From an archaeon (lineage in GTDB: Archaea > Nanobdellota > Nanobdellia > SCGC-AAA011-G17 > GW2011-AR17), in the NCBI GenBank assembly GCA_018656555.1, contig JABHZQ010000023.1:2875-66874 (forward strand): a DNA stretch of 64,000 bases. The letters run 5' to 3'. Shown here in pieces: positions 49,901 to 58,322 of the stretch (position 1 is the first letter of the stretch; each line of letters begins with the position of its first letter). A program made the position numbers and the translations under genes. The notes beneath the pieces are model-generated. The model searched no databases. It saw nothing but the letters and a program-made list of their open reading frames with translations, and was not told where the DNA came from.

Positions 49901-50919
49901 CCATCTACACAATAAGCCCTATAATGTTGTGTTCCAATTCTATCTCTAAAACTTCCAGTAGGTCCCTCATATACACACCAAGAATCTAAATTATTTCTTG
50001 TTTTACCCAATTCAAAAATTTCAAAATCTCCTTTTTTATTATTGTAAACAGTATAAGAATTTAACATCTCAAAATCAGCAGAATCTTGAAGTTCTTGAGT
50101 TATAGTATCTCCAACTTTAAATTCAAAAGTATCACTACAAGCAGTTGATCTACATGTAGCTTCCAAATCCTCATTAACATAACAAGCTTGACTAGGATAA
50201 CTACAAGAGTCACCAGTTAACATTATATCTCCACAAGTATTAGTCTCATAAAATTCATGATCTATTGTACAATCTTCTTGAGTGTAAACACAATTACAAG
50301 AAGCAGTATAAGTTCCTGATTCTAATTCTTTTTGAATATCAGCACAACTCTTTCCTTCATAATAACCATATCCGGTAGCTGTGTCTGTAGAAAGAGAACC
50401 TCTTTCCATCAAACATTCATCCCCAGTTAAATAAGTACATCCAGTTTCAGAAACACAACAACCCATTGCATCAAGATTATTATACAAATTACAAGCTTCC
50501 TCAGTTGTTACACCATTATTCCAAACTGGAGTCTCTTCATAAGCATCATAAGTTGCATAACAATTAGGTTCTGTAGTAAATGAATATTCATTTCCAAATT
50601 GGCAACAACCTTTTGAACAAGCAGTAGTAGTACATTCTTCATCACTAGACCAAGTACCTCCTGCTTGAGTACAAGTATAATCAGGAACACCTTTAGAACA
50701 AACACCATCAGCAGAAACACAACAACCAATTGCACAAACAGTAGTTTCATTACAAGGAGAAGAATAAAATTCATCTGGAGCAGAACTACAAGCACCATCA
50801 TCAGTATAAACACAATACATACCTGTTGTCTTTTCCTTACAACAACCATCAACTGCCATAACAAAAGGAACTATAAGTAAAATAAATACTAGAATAATCA
50901 ACCCCTTTTCTAATTTCAT
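46939..50919 (-). CDS. Giant cysteine-rich secreted surface protein, paralog A (1326 aa)
   Basis: Signal peptide MKLEKGLIILVFILLIVPFVMA. GCC Cys modules, a DSWCVYEGPTGSFRDRIGTQHYRAYC core, CHLCDLP, and the C-terminal C.D..GN.N modules (YCEDVAGNRNETQISF; YYVICEDEFGNQNS). Confidence 0.7.
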   Translation of the reverse strand: MKLEKGLIILVFILLIVPFVMAVDGCCKEKTTGMYCVYTDDGACSSAPDEFYSSPCNETTVCAIGCCVSADGVCSKGVPDYTCTQAGGTWSSDEECTTTACSKGCCQFGNEYSFTTEPNCYATYDAYEETPVWNNGVTTEEACNLYNNLDAMGCCVSETGCTYLTGDECLMERGSLSTDTATGYGYYEGKSCADIQKELESGTYTASCNCVYTQEDCTIDHEFYETNTCGDIMLTGDSCSYPSQACYVNEDLEATCRSTACSDTFEFKVGDTITQELQDSADFEMLNSYTVYNNKKGDFEIFELGKTRNNLDSWCVYEGPTGSFRDRIGTQHYRAYCVDGEEVWENCGDLREEYCAMSFDENGNPDAKCISNNFEEYYTYPYHSGKWCSTSGSCSTTPDYNDAKDSWSEWSINYDNRFGEFYGEINQPIKSTEDWTYLYGVSTVPLGTYREDWTTTADDYCHAATFTIDYGFWDQGGGSDEEGYELITNAIGLRSEFIATSMDYCSSRGDCGINLNILGEEGQPDSFDITYNQEEIAGENSDASLGLGECFDLEDDHCSQAESYLQGTSFYSLYHSSRIPGASACMKASAANIRRYYVPILKNEGDLEINTVNDNFLSDFMFPSFLPLSRLYMYSAYNCYTTGGVDRLSKNLGLNYVEGSSAKENMAAYGLVTSNDIQRPYEQDGKSYLGGEVHSAKQEVGAIDGCMYDYIYDYSSSSDYDDDYLDYYTDAIETSYVCTEDAYKVSKEELLYNQLKSIKPWVMNTRSLRATSFGFDYASQYSNPLTFYEYEWEDNIHEGDNKKAARSVHWCEAWEPQDNGDNCHLCDLPSEEGGLWFSKDGKRIDGAACTASKCTSLGSYCKFIEGNRGSINHPSCVSEECILNESVQISQYDDALIDSTATSPLTIEIQKRTTNNPGYDATNIPPGYKVSFGVETNIVSRCKFVEDWRVQEILDQHEGVSTLGQLAAAYTDPEERYNLFMNPGVYEVPDWAVDAYEFKHNISYVFSNGEEKSFYVWCEDICGKTDDGIFEIGLKASEQDPTTYPGTYIHFDPASEQYAPSTAETITLQTYTDVPATCKYSSLESDNFDLMENDMDTCISPSANIIQGDYYCRDEISITDGPNNFYFLCQDQYGNVMSSSSPWTVTKSDPLLITQTSPEGIVSYKEIDLQVRTQAGAEAGKSVCYYKQSNQYTYDQMSESQDSDTLWVQSQTLTEGDYVYDIYCEDVAGNRNETQISFTMDVDEYPPEVDSLFYLSNMVYIITNEETTCEYEVSSFTFGSGFETTGSETTDHTFSVSPGISEYYVICEDEFGNQNSPLIVSLDYIL

Positions 50920-50992
50920 TATAAATGTTTATAATTTATTATTTTAAATAGTTTTTGGAAAGTTTTAATAATAAAAAAGGTATTGAAGTATT

Positions 50993-51577
50993 ATGAAAAA
51001 GTGGGTGCATAAGGTAGAGGTTATTGTAGATTGGATAATTCCCTTTGCAGTTCTAATCCTATTAGGAGTTATTATTGTTGAACTATTCTTCCATGATTTT
51101 GCAGAAACTTATCATTTAGCCATTACAATAATTGATGCAACAGTAATTGGAATATTTGTTATTGATCTAATTTTCAAATGGATCAGAATTAGACATATTA
51201 AACCATTCATAAAAGAATGTTGGTTAGATATTATTGCAGTATTTCCATTTTTCTTAGTTTTTAGAGTAGTTGAAAGATTTTTAATCTTACTAGAATTATC
51301 TGGAGATATTAAACAATTCCAAATGCTATTTCATGAAGGTTTAGAATTAAGAAAAAGTGGATCTAGTATCTTAAAGGAAGGTGGAAAGATTGTCCAAGAA
51401 GCTGAAAAAGCTGGAAAGTTAAGTAGAGTACAACAGATAGTAAGATATATTAAACCCATTCAAAGAAGTCCAAGATTACTAAAGGCACTACCATTTTTTG
51501 AAAAACCCTCAGGAAAACATCACATTCACAAATCAATCTTAAATAAAAAGAAATGGTGGGGGTTCTGGAAGAAATGA
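50993..51577 (+). CDS. Hypothetical membrane protein (ion-transport-like TM region)
   Basis: Three or four TM helices. No pore signature seen. Confidence 0.35.
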   Translation: MKKWVHKVEVIVDWIIPFAVLILLGVIIVELFFHDFAETYHLAITIIDATVIGIFVIDLIFKWIRIRHIKPFIKECWLDIIAVFPFFLVFRVVERFLILLELSGDIKQFQMLFHEGLELRKSGSSILKEGGKIVQEAEKAGKLSRVQQIVRYIKPIQRSPRLLKALPFFEKPSGKHHIHKSILNKKKWWGFWKK

Positions 51578-52281
51578 TCTGGAAATTTCTACTCCGAATG
51601 GGTGGATTCTTTGTTTTTGGTATTTCTATTCTCTTATTTGTAGTGGGATTATTCTTAGTTAACTTTCAAAGTAACCTAGAAAACTTTGATGGGATAGTCA
51701 ATAAATCTGTTGATAATTTCTTTGATGATAACAGAGAAGAGATTTTAGTAAATTTTGGTGTTGATTATGAAGATGAATGTGAAAATGGATTAATTTCAGC
51801 AGAAGATTGTGAAATGATGGATGTAATGATAGATGATGCCTTTATTTTAGCAAAAGAAGAATCTAAAGAAAGCATGAGTGTTTTATTTGAAGAGATAGGA
51901 TTTGAAGCCTATGATACTGACAGATTATTTGCTATTTCAATAATATTCTTTGTTATTGCTTTTTTCTTAGTATTCTATGGACATAGAAAAAGTTTTGTTA
52001 GAACATTTAGAGGATTTTCAATTCAAACTGGACTCTCCTTTTTACTACTATACATAGCCCTATCTGAATTGGTAAAAATGAAAATATCTGATTTATACTC
52101 AATGATAAACATGCCTATGGAAATGTCTGAATTAGCAATAGATCTTGTTCAGGTTTTAGTTGCAGAATTAATTTTTTATCCCATCCAACAAATGTTATTA
52201 CCTTTCTTAATAATCTCAATTAGTGGTTTTATTTTGTTTGTGATGTTTTTGATTTTAGCTTGGCAACATGTTGAAACTTAA
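51553..52281 (+). CDS. Hypothetical membrane protein
   Basis: N-terminal and C-terminal TM helices with an acidic central region. Confidence 0.35.
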   Translation: MVGVLEEMIWKFLLRMGGFFVFGISILLFVVGLFLVNFQSNLENFDGIVNKSVDNFFDDNREEILVNFGVDYEDECENGLISAEDCEMMDVMIDDAFILAKEESKESMSVLFEEIGFEAYDTDRLFAISIIFFVIAFFLVFYGHRKSFVRTFRGFSIQTGLSFLLLYIALSELVKMKISDLYSMINMPMEMSELAIDLVQVLVAELIFYPIQQMLLPFLIISISGFILFVMFLILAWQHVET

Positions 52282-53425
52282 CTTTATTTTTATGTATTAA
52301 GGGTTTTGTCATTATTGGTAACACCTTAAAAGGATCTCTATTTGTTTCTAAAGTAATATCTATTATTTCCTTAATAGTAGAATTATTCATATCTTTTGCC
52401 ATATTATTTAGAAGATTATTTCTAGTAATCCCCATCTTATACTGATTTACTAGTTTTTGAGTATTAAAAGAAATTATTCCAAAGTTTTTATCTATCTTCC
52501 CCACTGGAGTTTTACTCAACTCTCTTGTAAACTTAACAAATTCCCTTTCTTGTTCTCTATCAGTCTTAAACTTCTTATTAATATCATAAAATACTGGAGA
52601 CCAAGCTATTATAATCACAATTAATAGTAATAAGTAAAAATAAAAAGGTGCATCAAAAGTTGCAAAGTCAAATAAAAAGAAAAAACAAACAACCATTAAT
52701 ACCAAAGATATAATTACAAAAATTAAATATTTAATTTTAAACTTCAAAGAGAAAAAAATAGCTTTTGTTTCTCGCCATAGATTTTTTACCACTCTTCTTT
52801 TATGTTCTCTTAATGTAGATTCTGCTTTTTCCTTAAGATAAGCTAAAGTCTGTTGAGGATTATTTATCCTTTTTGCAAGATTTTGTAAAAACACTCTATA
52901 CCTATCAGAAGGAGTTAGTTGTGAAGTTTCTAATAAAGCTTCAGCCAAAGATGTTTTCTTTAACTGAGTAAAATTAATTATCCTTAATGCTTCTATCTTA
53001 GAATCTCTTGATTTCAATAAAGGTTTAAATAAATCAAGTTTAGTCAAACCAATTTCTGATAATGCAGCTAAAAGAGAGATTGTAAAGGGAAGATTTCTCT
53101 CAATTCTATTTCTTTTTTCATTAGCTTTTAGTTTCGGTACAATTAAGAATAACAATACTGAAATTATTACCATTACTGCAGTAATCATCAAAGGATAAAA
53201 CATTACATAGGCATATAATAAGATCACAGAAAGTGCAGAACCTATAGCTAATATCAAAAAAGTAGTCAAATACATTATACTAAGATAAGTAATTGATAAT
53301 ACTGGCATTCCAGAATAAACTATATTTTTCTGTAAATTATTATAAAATTTAGGAAATATTTTTATTGTAAAGTTAGTTAAAGGTTCAAAAGCCAAATTAG
53401 CTATTTTTACATATATTCCTTTCAT
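52229..53425 (-). CDS. Polytopic membrane protein with FlaJ/TadC/PilC (T2SS-F)-like topology; candidate filament-assembly platform
   Basis: TM block, cytoplasmic domain, second TM block, cytoplasmic domain. Translationally coupled (ATGA at 53422-53425) to the upstream FlaI-like gene in the order ATPase→membrane protein, as in flaI-flaJ / pilB-pilC. Confidence 0.4.
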   Translation of the reverse strand: MKGIYVKIANLAFEPLTNFTIKIFPKFYNNLQKNIVYSGMPVLSITYLSIMYLTTFLILAIGSALSVILLYAYVMFYPLMITAVMVIISVLLFLIVPKLKANEKRNRIERNLPFTISLLAALSEIGLTKLDLFKPLLKSRDSKIEALRIINFTQLKKTSLAEALLETSQLTPSDRYRVFLQNLAKRINNPQQTLAYLKEKAESTLREHKRRVVKNLWRETKAIFFSLKFKIKYLIFVIISLVLMVVCFFFLFDFATFDAPFYFYLLLLIVIIIAWSPVFYDINKKFKTDREQEREFVKFTRELSKTPVGKIDKNFGIISFNTQKLVNQYKMGITRNNLLNNMAKDMNNSTIKEIIDITLETNRDPFKVLPIMTKPLIHKNKVKFQHVAKLKSKTSQTK

Positions 53426-54573
53426 ATTAATCCTGCTCTTTTTAGGACAGCAGTTCTATCTTTATAATAAACATTTATTACCTGTCTAAAATCTTTTAGA
53501 TTTAGCTTATTATGGGTTAACACAAGTAACAGTTTAGTTCTTAACTTTAACTCATCATTTAATGTTTGAGTATTAAGAAATAGACTTTCTTTAGGATTTT
53601 GATAAAATTTATCACCCTTTTTTACAAATATTTCTTTCCCCTTCTCTTTTATCTTATATATAGTCTTATTCTCCACGTAAAAAACAAAGAAATTTTGTTC
53701 ATCTACAGTTTTAGACACCAATATAGGAGACCCATTGCCCAAGTAAGGAATATCTTTTATCAAAGCAAACTCTTCATTAGCTGCAGTATCAGAAAAAATA
53801 TACTCACAATTTTTATTTAAAGTAATATTTGTTTCATTAGTTAACACTCTTGAATTTGAGGGTAAAAAGATATTAGCAGTAGATAGTAAATTATCAGTTA
53901 ACATAATCGGTTTCCTATTCTCAATCAACATCCATAGAAAAGCAAGCATTTCTGGAGAAGCATTTTTATTCAATAAAAGTGAAATTGGATTCTTATCCTC
54001 TGTTTTCTTTGTAATTGTTATTGAGTTTTCTGTTCTCTCCACCACTATCCCTTTATTATCTTCTTCTACTATTGCTAACTTTTTACCTATCTTCTGAAAC
54101 CCATCTTCAGCCAATTGTATATTAGTTGTCAAGGTACCATATAAAACATGATTAATCATTGTAGGACCAGTTTTTTTACACACTATCTTCTGAATCATAG
54201 GATCTTCCATTAAAGGTTCTATTCTCCAAAGACCCAAAAACTCAATATATATCAAATAGAATATCTTTTGGTATTCTTCCTGTGTTGTTTTAATATGAAG
54301 TTCATCTTTTATTTTATCTATTGCTTCTTTTAGGTTGATTAATCTATTTTCAGCATAGATACTGAAATTCATCTGTTCAACCAACCCATTCTTTATTTTA
54401 TTATATTTTTCTTGATCCTCTGCAGTTAATTGAGGTTCAGTAACTTGGTATATATTTTGATAAATTCTAGCTGTAACAAAATTACTAAAAATCTCATAAG
54501 AAACCTGATTATTTTCTAGTTTTTCTGGCAAATGAGGTATTCTTTTGCTAGTTAAGAATGCTATACTCTCCAT
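53422..54573 (-). CDS. FlaI/PilB/VirB11-family secretion-ATPase homolog with degenerate Walker A, Asp-box and Walker B motifs (predicted catalytically inactive)
   Basis: NASPEMLAFLWMLIENRKPIML resembles the conserved ISPEMAA(F/Y)LWLAIE… segment that precedes Walker A in archaeal FlaI. The expected GxTGSGKTT is replaced by TDNLLSTAN. SRVLTNETNITL aligns to the ERIVTIEDTPEL Asp box, and PILVSKTVDEQ aligns to Walker B IIVGEVRGEE. The alignment is from memory and not computed. Confidence 0.4.
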   Translation of the reverse strand: MESIAFLTSKRIPHLPEKLENNQVSYEIFSNFVTARIYQNIYQVTEPQLTAEDQEKYNKIKNGLVEQMNFSIYAENRLINLKEAIDKIKDELHIKTTQEEYQKIFYLIYIEFLGLWRIEPLMEDPMIQKIVCKKTGPTMINHVLYGTLTTNIQLAEDGFQKIGKKLAIVEEDNKGIVVERTENSITITKKTEDKNPISLLLNKNASPEMLAFLWMLIENRKPIMLTDNLLSTANIFLPSNSRVLTNETNITLNKNCEYIFSDTAANEEFALIKDIPYLGNGSPILVSKTVDEQNFFVFYVENKTIYKIKEKGKEIFVKKGDKFYQNPKESLFLNTQTLNDELKLRTKLLLVLTHNKLNLKDFRQVINVYYKDRTAVLKRAGLI

Positions 54574-54661
54574 TTTTAGAATTCAGGGAGTTTTAGCTTA
54601 TATATATTTCGTCTTTTAGAATTCCAAAAAATATTTAAAGCCTATAAAAATTAGTCTCTGA

Positions 54662-57319
54662 ATGGATGGATTGCCTGAAAGTAATACTGAAGAGGTTTCT
54701 AGTGAGAAAGATATCTTACAAAAAAGAAAAGAACAGCTTCTAGCTAAATTTAAAGGCAATAAAAACTGGCTGGCTTATATCATTTTAATTGTTATTGTTT
54801 ACTTGGGATACTTTCTAAGAACTAGAAATCTAGCCTATTTAACAGATATAACAACTGGAAAATATATTCCATTAGCATTAGATCCATTTGCTTTTTTAAG
54901 ATATGTAGAATATCTAGTTGAAAATGGCTCTTGGATGACTTTTGATGCTCTTCGTTATTATCCTTGGGGATATGGTTTAACAAACGAGTTTAAGTTTTTG
55001 AGTTATCTAATTACCTATATGTATAAGATTTGGAGTTTTTTTGTACCTTCTATCACACTCGAGTATGTCCATGTTATGTACCCAGTTGTTTGTTTCATGA
55101 TTGCTATAGTATTCTTTTACTTATTTGTAAGAGATGTATTTGATTGGAGAGTTGGATTATTAGCTTCTGCATTCTTAACTGTCTTACCTGCCTATCTATA
55201 TAGAACAATGGCTGGATTTGCAGATAAAGAAAGTGCAGCTATGATGTTTATGTTTATTGGTTTGTACTTCTTTGTTAGGTATGTTAAAACCAAGAAATTA
55301 ACAAGCAAACTAATCCTTGCTGCAATTTCAGGTATCTCTATTGGTTTTATGGGTTTGATTTGGGGAGGAGTTAGTTTCATGTTTTTGGCAGTTGGAGGAT
55401 ATATTCTCTTAAATGTATTCTTTAACAATTTTAGTAAATCTGACTTTTATGGAATATTTGCATTTATAGCTGCTCTAGCCTTAACAATGTGGGTAGGTTA
55501 TCCAGAAAAATATTCAATTATTAACTTACTAACTTCAGATACTTCTGGAATTATGTTTTTAGCTTTTGCAGTTGCTCTAGTAAACTACATTGTTTTCCAA
55601 AAAGATCTATTAAAATTAAAATCTAAACTAAAATTTATCAACTTGCCACCAGGTGTTACCTCTTTAATTTTTATTGTTATCCTAGTATTCATTGCAGGTA
55701 TCTCTGCTTATGGTCTTGAATTTATCACAGGAAGAATATCTGGTTTATGGAGTACCATGATCAATACTCCTTCATCCAGATGGATTCTAACTGTTGCTGA
55801 ATCTCATCAACCTTACTTTATTGATGTAATCAATCAATTCAATTGGAAGTTTGTTGTTTTATTCTTCGCGGGTGCTACATTCCTATTCTATAGTATTGTA
55901 AGACATCTAAAAGAAAAATATTATCTAACTGGTGGATTTTTAGCTTTTATCTTATTATTTTCATTTAGCAGATATAAACAAACCTCTGTTCTAGATGGAG
56001 AAACAAATCTAGCTCTTGCTTTATACGCTGGATCTTTAGCCATATTTGTAATTGGATTAGCTTACTATTATTTATACTCTTACTACAAAGATAAAGAAAC
56101 TTATCTTCAATTTAATAATTTTGATAAATCATTTGTATTAATCTTAGTTGTATTCTTTTTCCTACTTATTGGAGCTAGAACAGCGATTAGGTTATTATTT
56201 TCATTTGCACCAATTGCTGCTATTCTAAGTGCATTTGCAGTATTCTTTATTATTGACAAATCAAAAGTGTTCAAGGACAATATTTATAGAATTGGAACAA
56301 TTGCAGTGATTGCAGCTTTAGCAATATTTATGTTATTCAGTTTTTACAATACTACATTAAGTCAAGCTAAATATACTGGCCCTAGTTATAATCAACAGTG
56401 GCAAGTCGGAATGGATTGGGTTAGAGATAGTACTCCTACAGATGCAGTATTTGCACACTGGTGGGATTATGGTTACTGGGTGCAATATGGTGGAGAAAGA
56501 GCTACACTATCTGATGGAGGAAATGCTTTAGGAGATATTAACCATTTTGTTGGAAGACATCTATTAACTGCTGAAGATGAAAATGAAGCCCTAGAATACT
56601 TAGCTGCTAGAAACACAACTCATGTCTTAATGATAAGTGATGAAATAGGAAAATATGGTGCTTACTCTTCAATTGGTGCTGATGAAAATTATGATAGATA
56701 CTCTTGGATTAATACTTACTCTTTAGATTATGATCAAATGCAAGAAACAAGAAATGGAACTATTTTCACATATGTTGGGGGTACTGTTTTAGATGAAGAT
56801 GTAATCTATCAAGATCAAGTTTACCCTGCTATGAGTGCAGGAATTGCAGGATTTGTTATTCCTACAATAGTTGAAAATAATGGTACAGAAGTAACCTATG
56901 AGCAACCTACTGCAGTGATCTCTTACCAAGGTCAACAAGTTGGTATGCCTTTGAAATGTATATACATAGAATACAGTAGTGAATATATCGAGTTTGATAC
57001 TGATGGAGAATATTTAGATGCTTGTTTACATTTAATACCTACATATAGTGGAGAGGATTATAATCCTATTGGAGCTGGACTCTACCTTTCACCTAGAGTT
57101 TCTAAGGGATTATTTGGAAGACTTTATTTAATGGAGTTAGAGGAGGAGTTTCCACACTTTGAATTAGCTTATACTGATGAGAGCAGCATGCCTCTTTCTA
57201 TATACAATGGACAATTAATTGGACCACTTAAAATTTGGGAAGTAACCTATCCAGATGATTTAGTTATTCCTCAAGAATATTTTGGTACAGAAGCTGATCC
57301 TAGTGTAATTATGGTTTAA
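54662..57319 (+). CDS. aglB: Oligosaccharyltransferase AglB (STT3 family), 885 aa
   Basis: 13-TM N-terminal domain with the catalytic WWDYGYW (WWDYG) motif, followed by a C-terminal soluble domain. Confidence 0.85.
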   Translation: MDGLPESNTEEVSSEKDILQKRKEQLLAKFKGNKNWLAYIILIVIVYLGYFLRTRNLAYLTDITTGKYIPLALDPFAFLRYVEYLVENGSWMTFDALRYYPWGYGLTNEFKFLSYLITYMYKIWSFFVPSITLEYVHVMYPVVCFMIAIVFFYLFVRDVFDWRVGLLASAFLTVLPAYLYRTMAGFADKESAAMMFMFIGLYFFVRYVKTKKLTSKLILAAISGISIGFMGLIWGGVSFMFLAVGGYILLNVFFNNFSKSDFYGIFAFIAALALTMWVGYPEKYSIINLLTSDTSGIMFLAFAVALVNYIVFQKDLLKLKSKLKFINLPPGVTSLIFIVILVFIAGISAYGLEFITGRISGLWSTMINTPSSRWILTVAESHQPYFIDVINQFNWKFVVLFFAGATFLFYSIVRHLKEKYYLTGGFLAFILLFSFSRYKQTSVLDGETNLALALYAGSLAIFVIGLAYYYLYSYYKDKETYLQFNNFDKSFVLILVVFFFLLIGARTAIRLLFSFAPIAAILSAFAVFFIIDKSKVFKDNIYRIGTIAVIAALAIFMLFSFYNTTLSQAKYTGPSYNQQWQVGMDWVRDSTPTDAVFAHWWDYGYWVQYGGERATLSDGGNALGDINHFVGRHLLTAEDENEALEYLAARNTTHVLMISDEIGKYGAYSSIGADENYDRYSWINTYSLDYDQMQETRNGTIFTYVGGTVLDEDVIYQDQVYPAMSAGIAGFVIPTIVENNGTEVTYEQPTAVISYQGQQVGMPLKCIYIEYSSEYIEFDTDGEYLDACLHLIPTYSGEDYNPIGAGLYLSPRVSKGLFGRLYLMELEEEFPHFELAYTDESSMPLSIYNGQLIGPLKIWEVTYPDDLVIPQEYFGTEADPSVIMV

Positions 57320-57320
57320 A

Positions 57321-58322
57321 ATGAAAAAACTATCTATGAGTACAAAAGCATTTAGTAATATATTATTATGTAAGGGCTTAGGTTTTCAAAGACCTACCCA
57401 AGTTAGCTTTGCTATTACTAATAGATGTAACTTAAAATGTAGTTATTGTTATGGTGACTATTCTTGTAGAAAAGACAAAGATTTTACTTTAGATCAATTA
57501 AAATCTATATTCTTTGATCTAAAAAAAATGGGTATGACTCAGATATTCTTAACTGGTGGTGAACCCCTTCTGAGAAAAGATATTGACAAAATTGTAGACT
57601 ATCTAAAAGAACTAAATATAGATATTGGAATTGTTACTAATGCTATACTTGCACCCCTTCACTTAAAGACCTTAAAAAAAGTAGATCGAGTCTTAGTTAG
57701 CTTAGATGGAAATAAGAAAAAAAATGACCTAAACCGAGGTGAAGGTACACATAACAAAATATTAAAATCCCTAGAATTAATGCATAAAGAAGGAATAAAA
57801 TTCTCCTTAAAAATTGTATTTAACAAAAACAGCTATGATCAATTAAATTATATCCTAAAATTAGCTGAAAAATACAAAACAGATGTAGAAACCATAATAC
57901 CTTATGAAAACTTTGGAGATAAATCACTCTATCTTACTGAAACACAAAAGAAAAAGTTACTAACAAAAATTATGAAATATGTAAAAGAAGGTAAGAGAAT
58001 AAAATTTAGTCATGTTACTCACAAAATGTCTACAGATGTTTTCTTAAAACATAATAAAAGTATTATCAATGAAGATAATAAAAAATACCCGTCTTGTGTA
58101 GCTGGAAAGCTTTATTTGTTCATTGATGCTAATGGTGATGTCTATCCCTGTAATCAATTAATTGGATCTTTTAAACCCTATAATATTCATGACGATGGTC
58201 TGAAGAGCGCAATTAAACACACATTAACTAGAAAGTGTAAAATTTGTTGCATACCTTTTTTAAATGAAAAAAGATTTTTGAATTCACTTCAACCAGAGGT
58301 AGTATTATCTAAATTAAAATGA
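57321..58322 (+). CDS. Radical SAM/SPASM-domain enzyme (paralog family member 5), starting 2 nt after the aglB stop
   Basis: CNLKCSYCYG (Cx3Cx2C), LTGGEPLLR, and C-terminal CVAG…CNQL…CKICC cysteines. Confidence 0.7.
   Translation: MKKLSMSTKAFSNILLCKGLGFQRPTQVSFAITNRCNLKCSYCYGDYSCRKDKDFTLDQLKSIFFDLKKMGMTQIFLTGGEPLLRKDIDKIVDYLKELNIDIGIVTNAILAPLHLKTLKKVDRVLVSLDGNKKKNDLNRGEGTHNKILKSLELMHKEGIKFSLKIVFNKNSYDQLNYILKLAEKYKTDVETIIPYENFGDKSLYLTETQKKKLLTKIMKYVKEGKRIKFSHVTHKMSTDVFLKHNKSIINEDNKKYPSCVAGKLYLFIDANGDVYPCNQLIGSFKPYNIHDDGLKSAIKHTLTRKCKICCIPFLNEKRFLNSLQPEVVLSKLK

Noticed and set aside
37033-50880. Many 60-130 aa ORFs nested inside, or antisense to, the giant genes (for example 42178..42435, 42595..42981, 44114..44350, 45745..46056, 49495..49872, 50508..50864)
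   Set aside because: They are low-complexity and composition-biased (N/H/Q/Y/K-rich or Leu-rich) and lie fully within long, well-supported ORFs on the other strand or frame. These are typical AT-rich antisense artefacts.
53422-54573. Calling the FlaI-like protein a functional secretion ATPase
   Set aside because: No GxxGxGK(T/S) P-loop is present anywhere in the protein. I report it only as a degenerate homolog.
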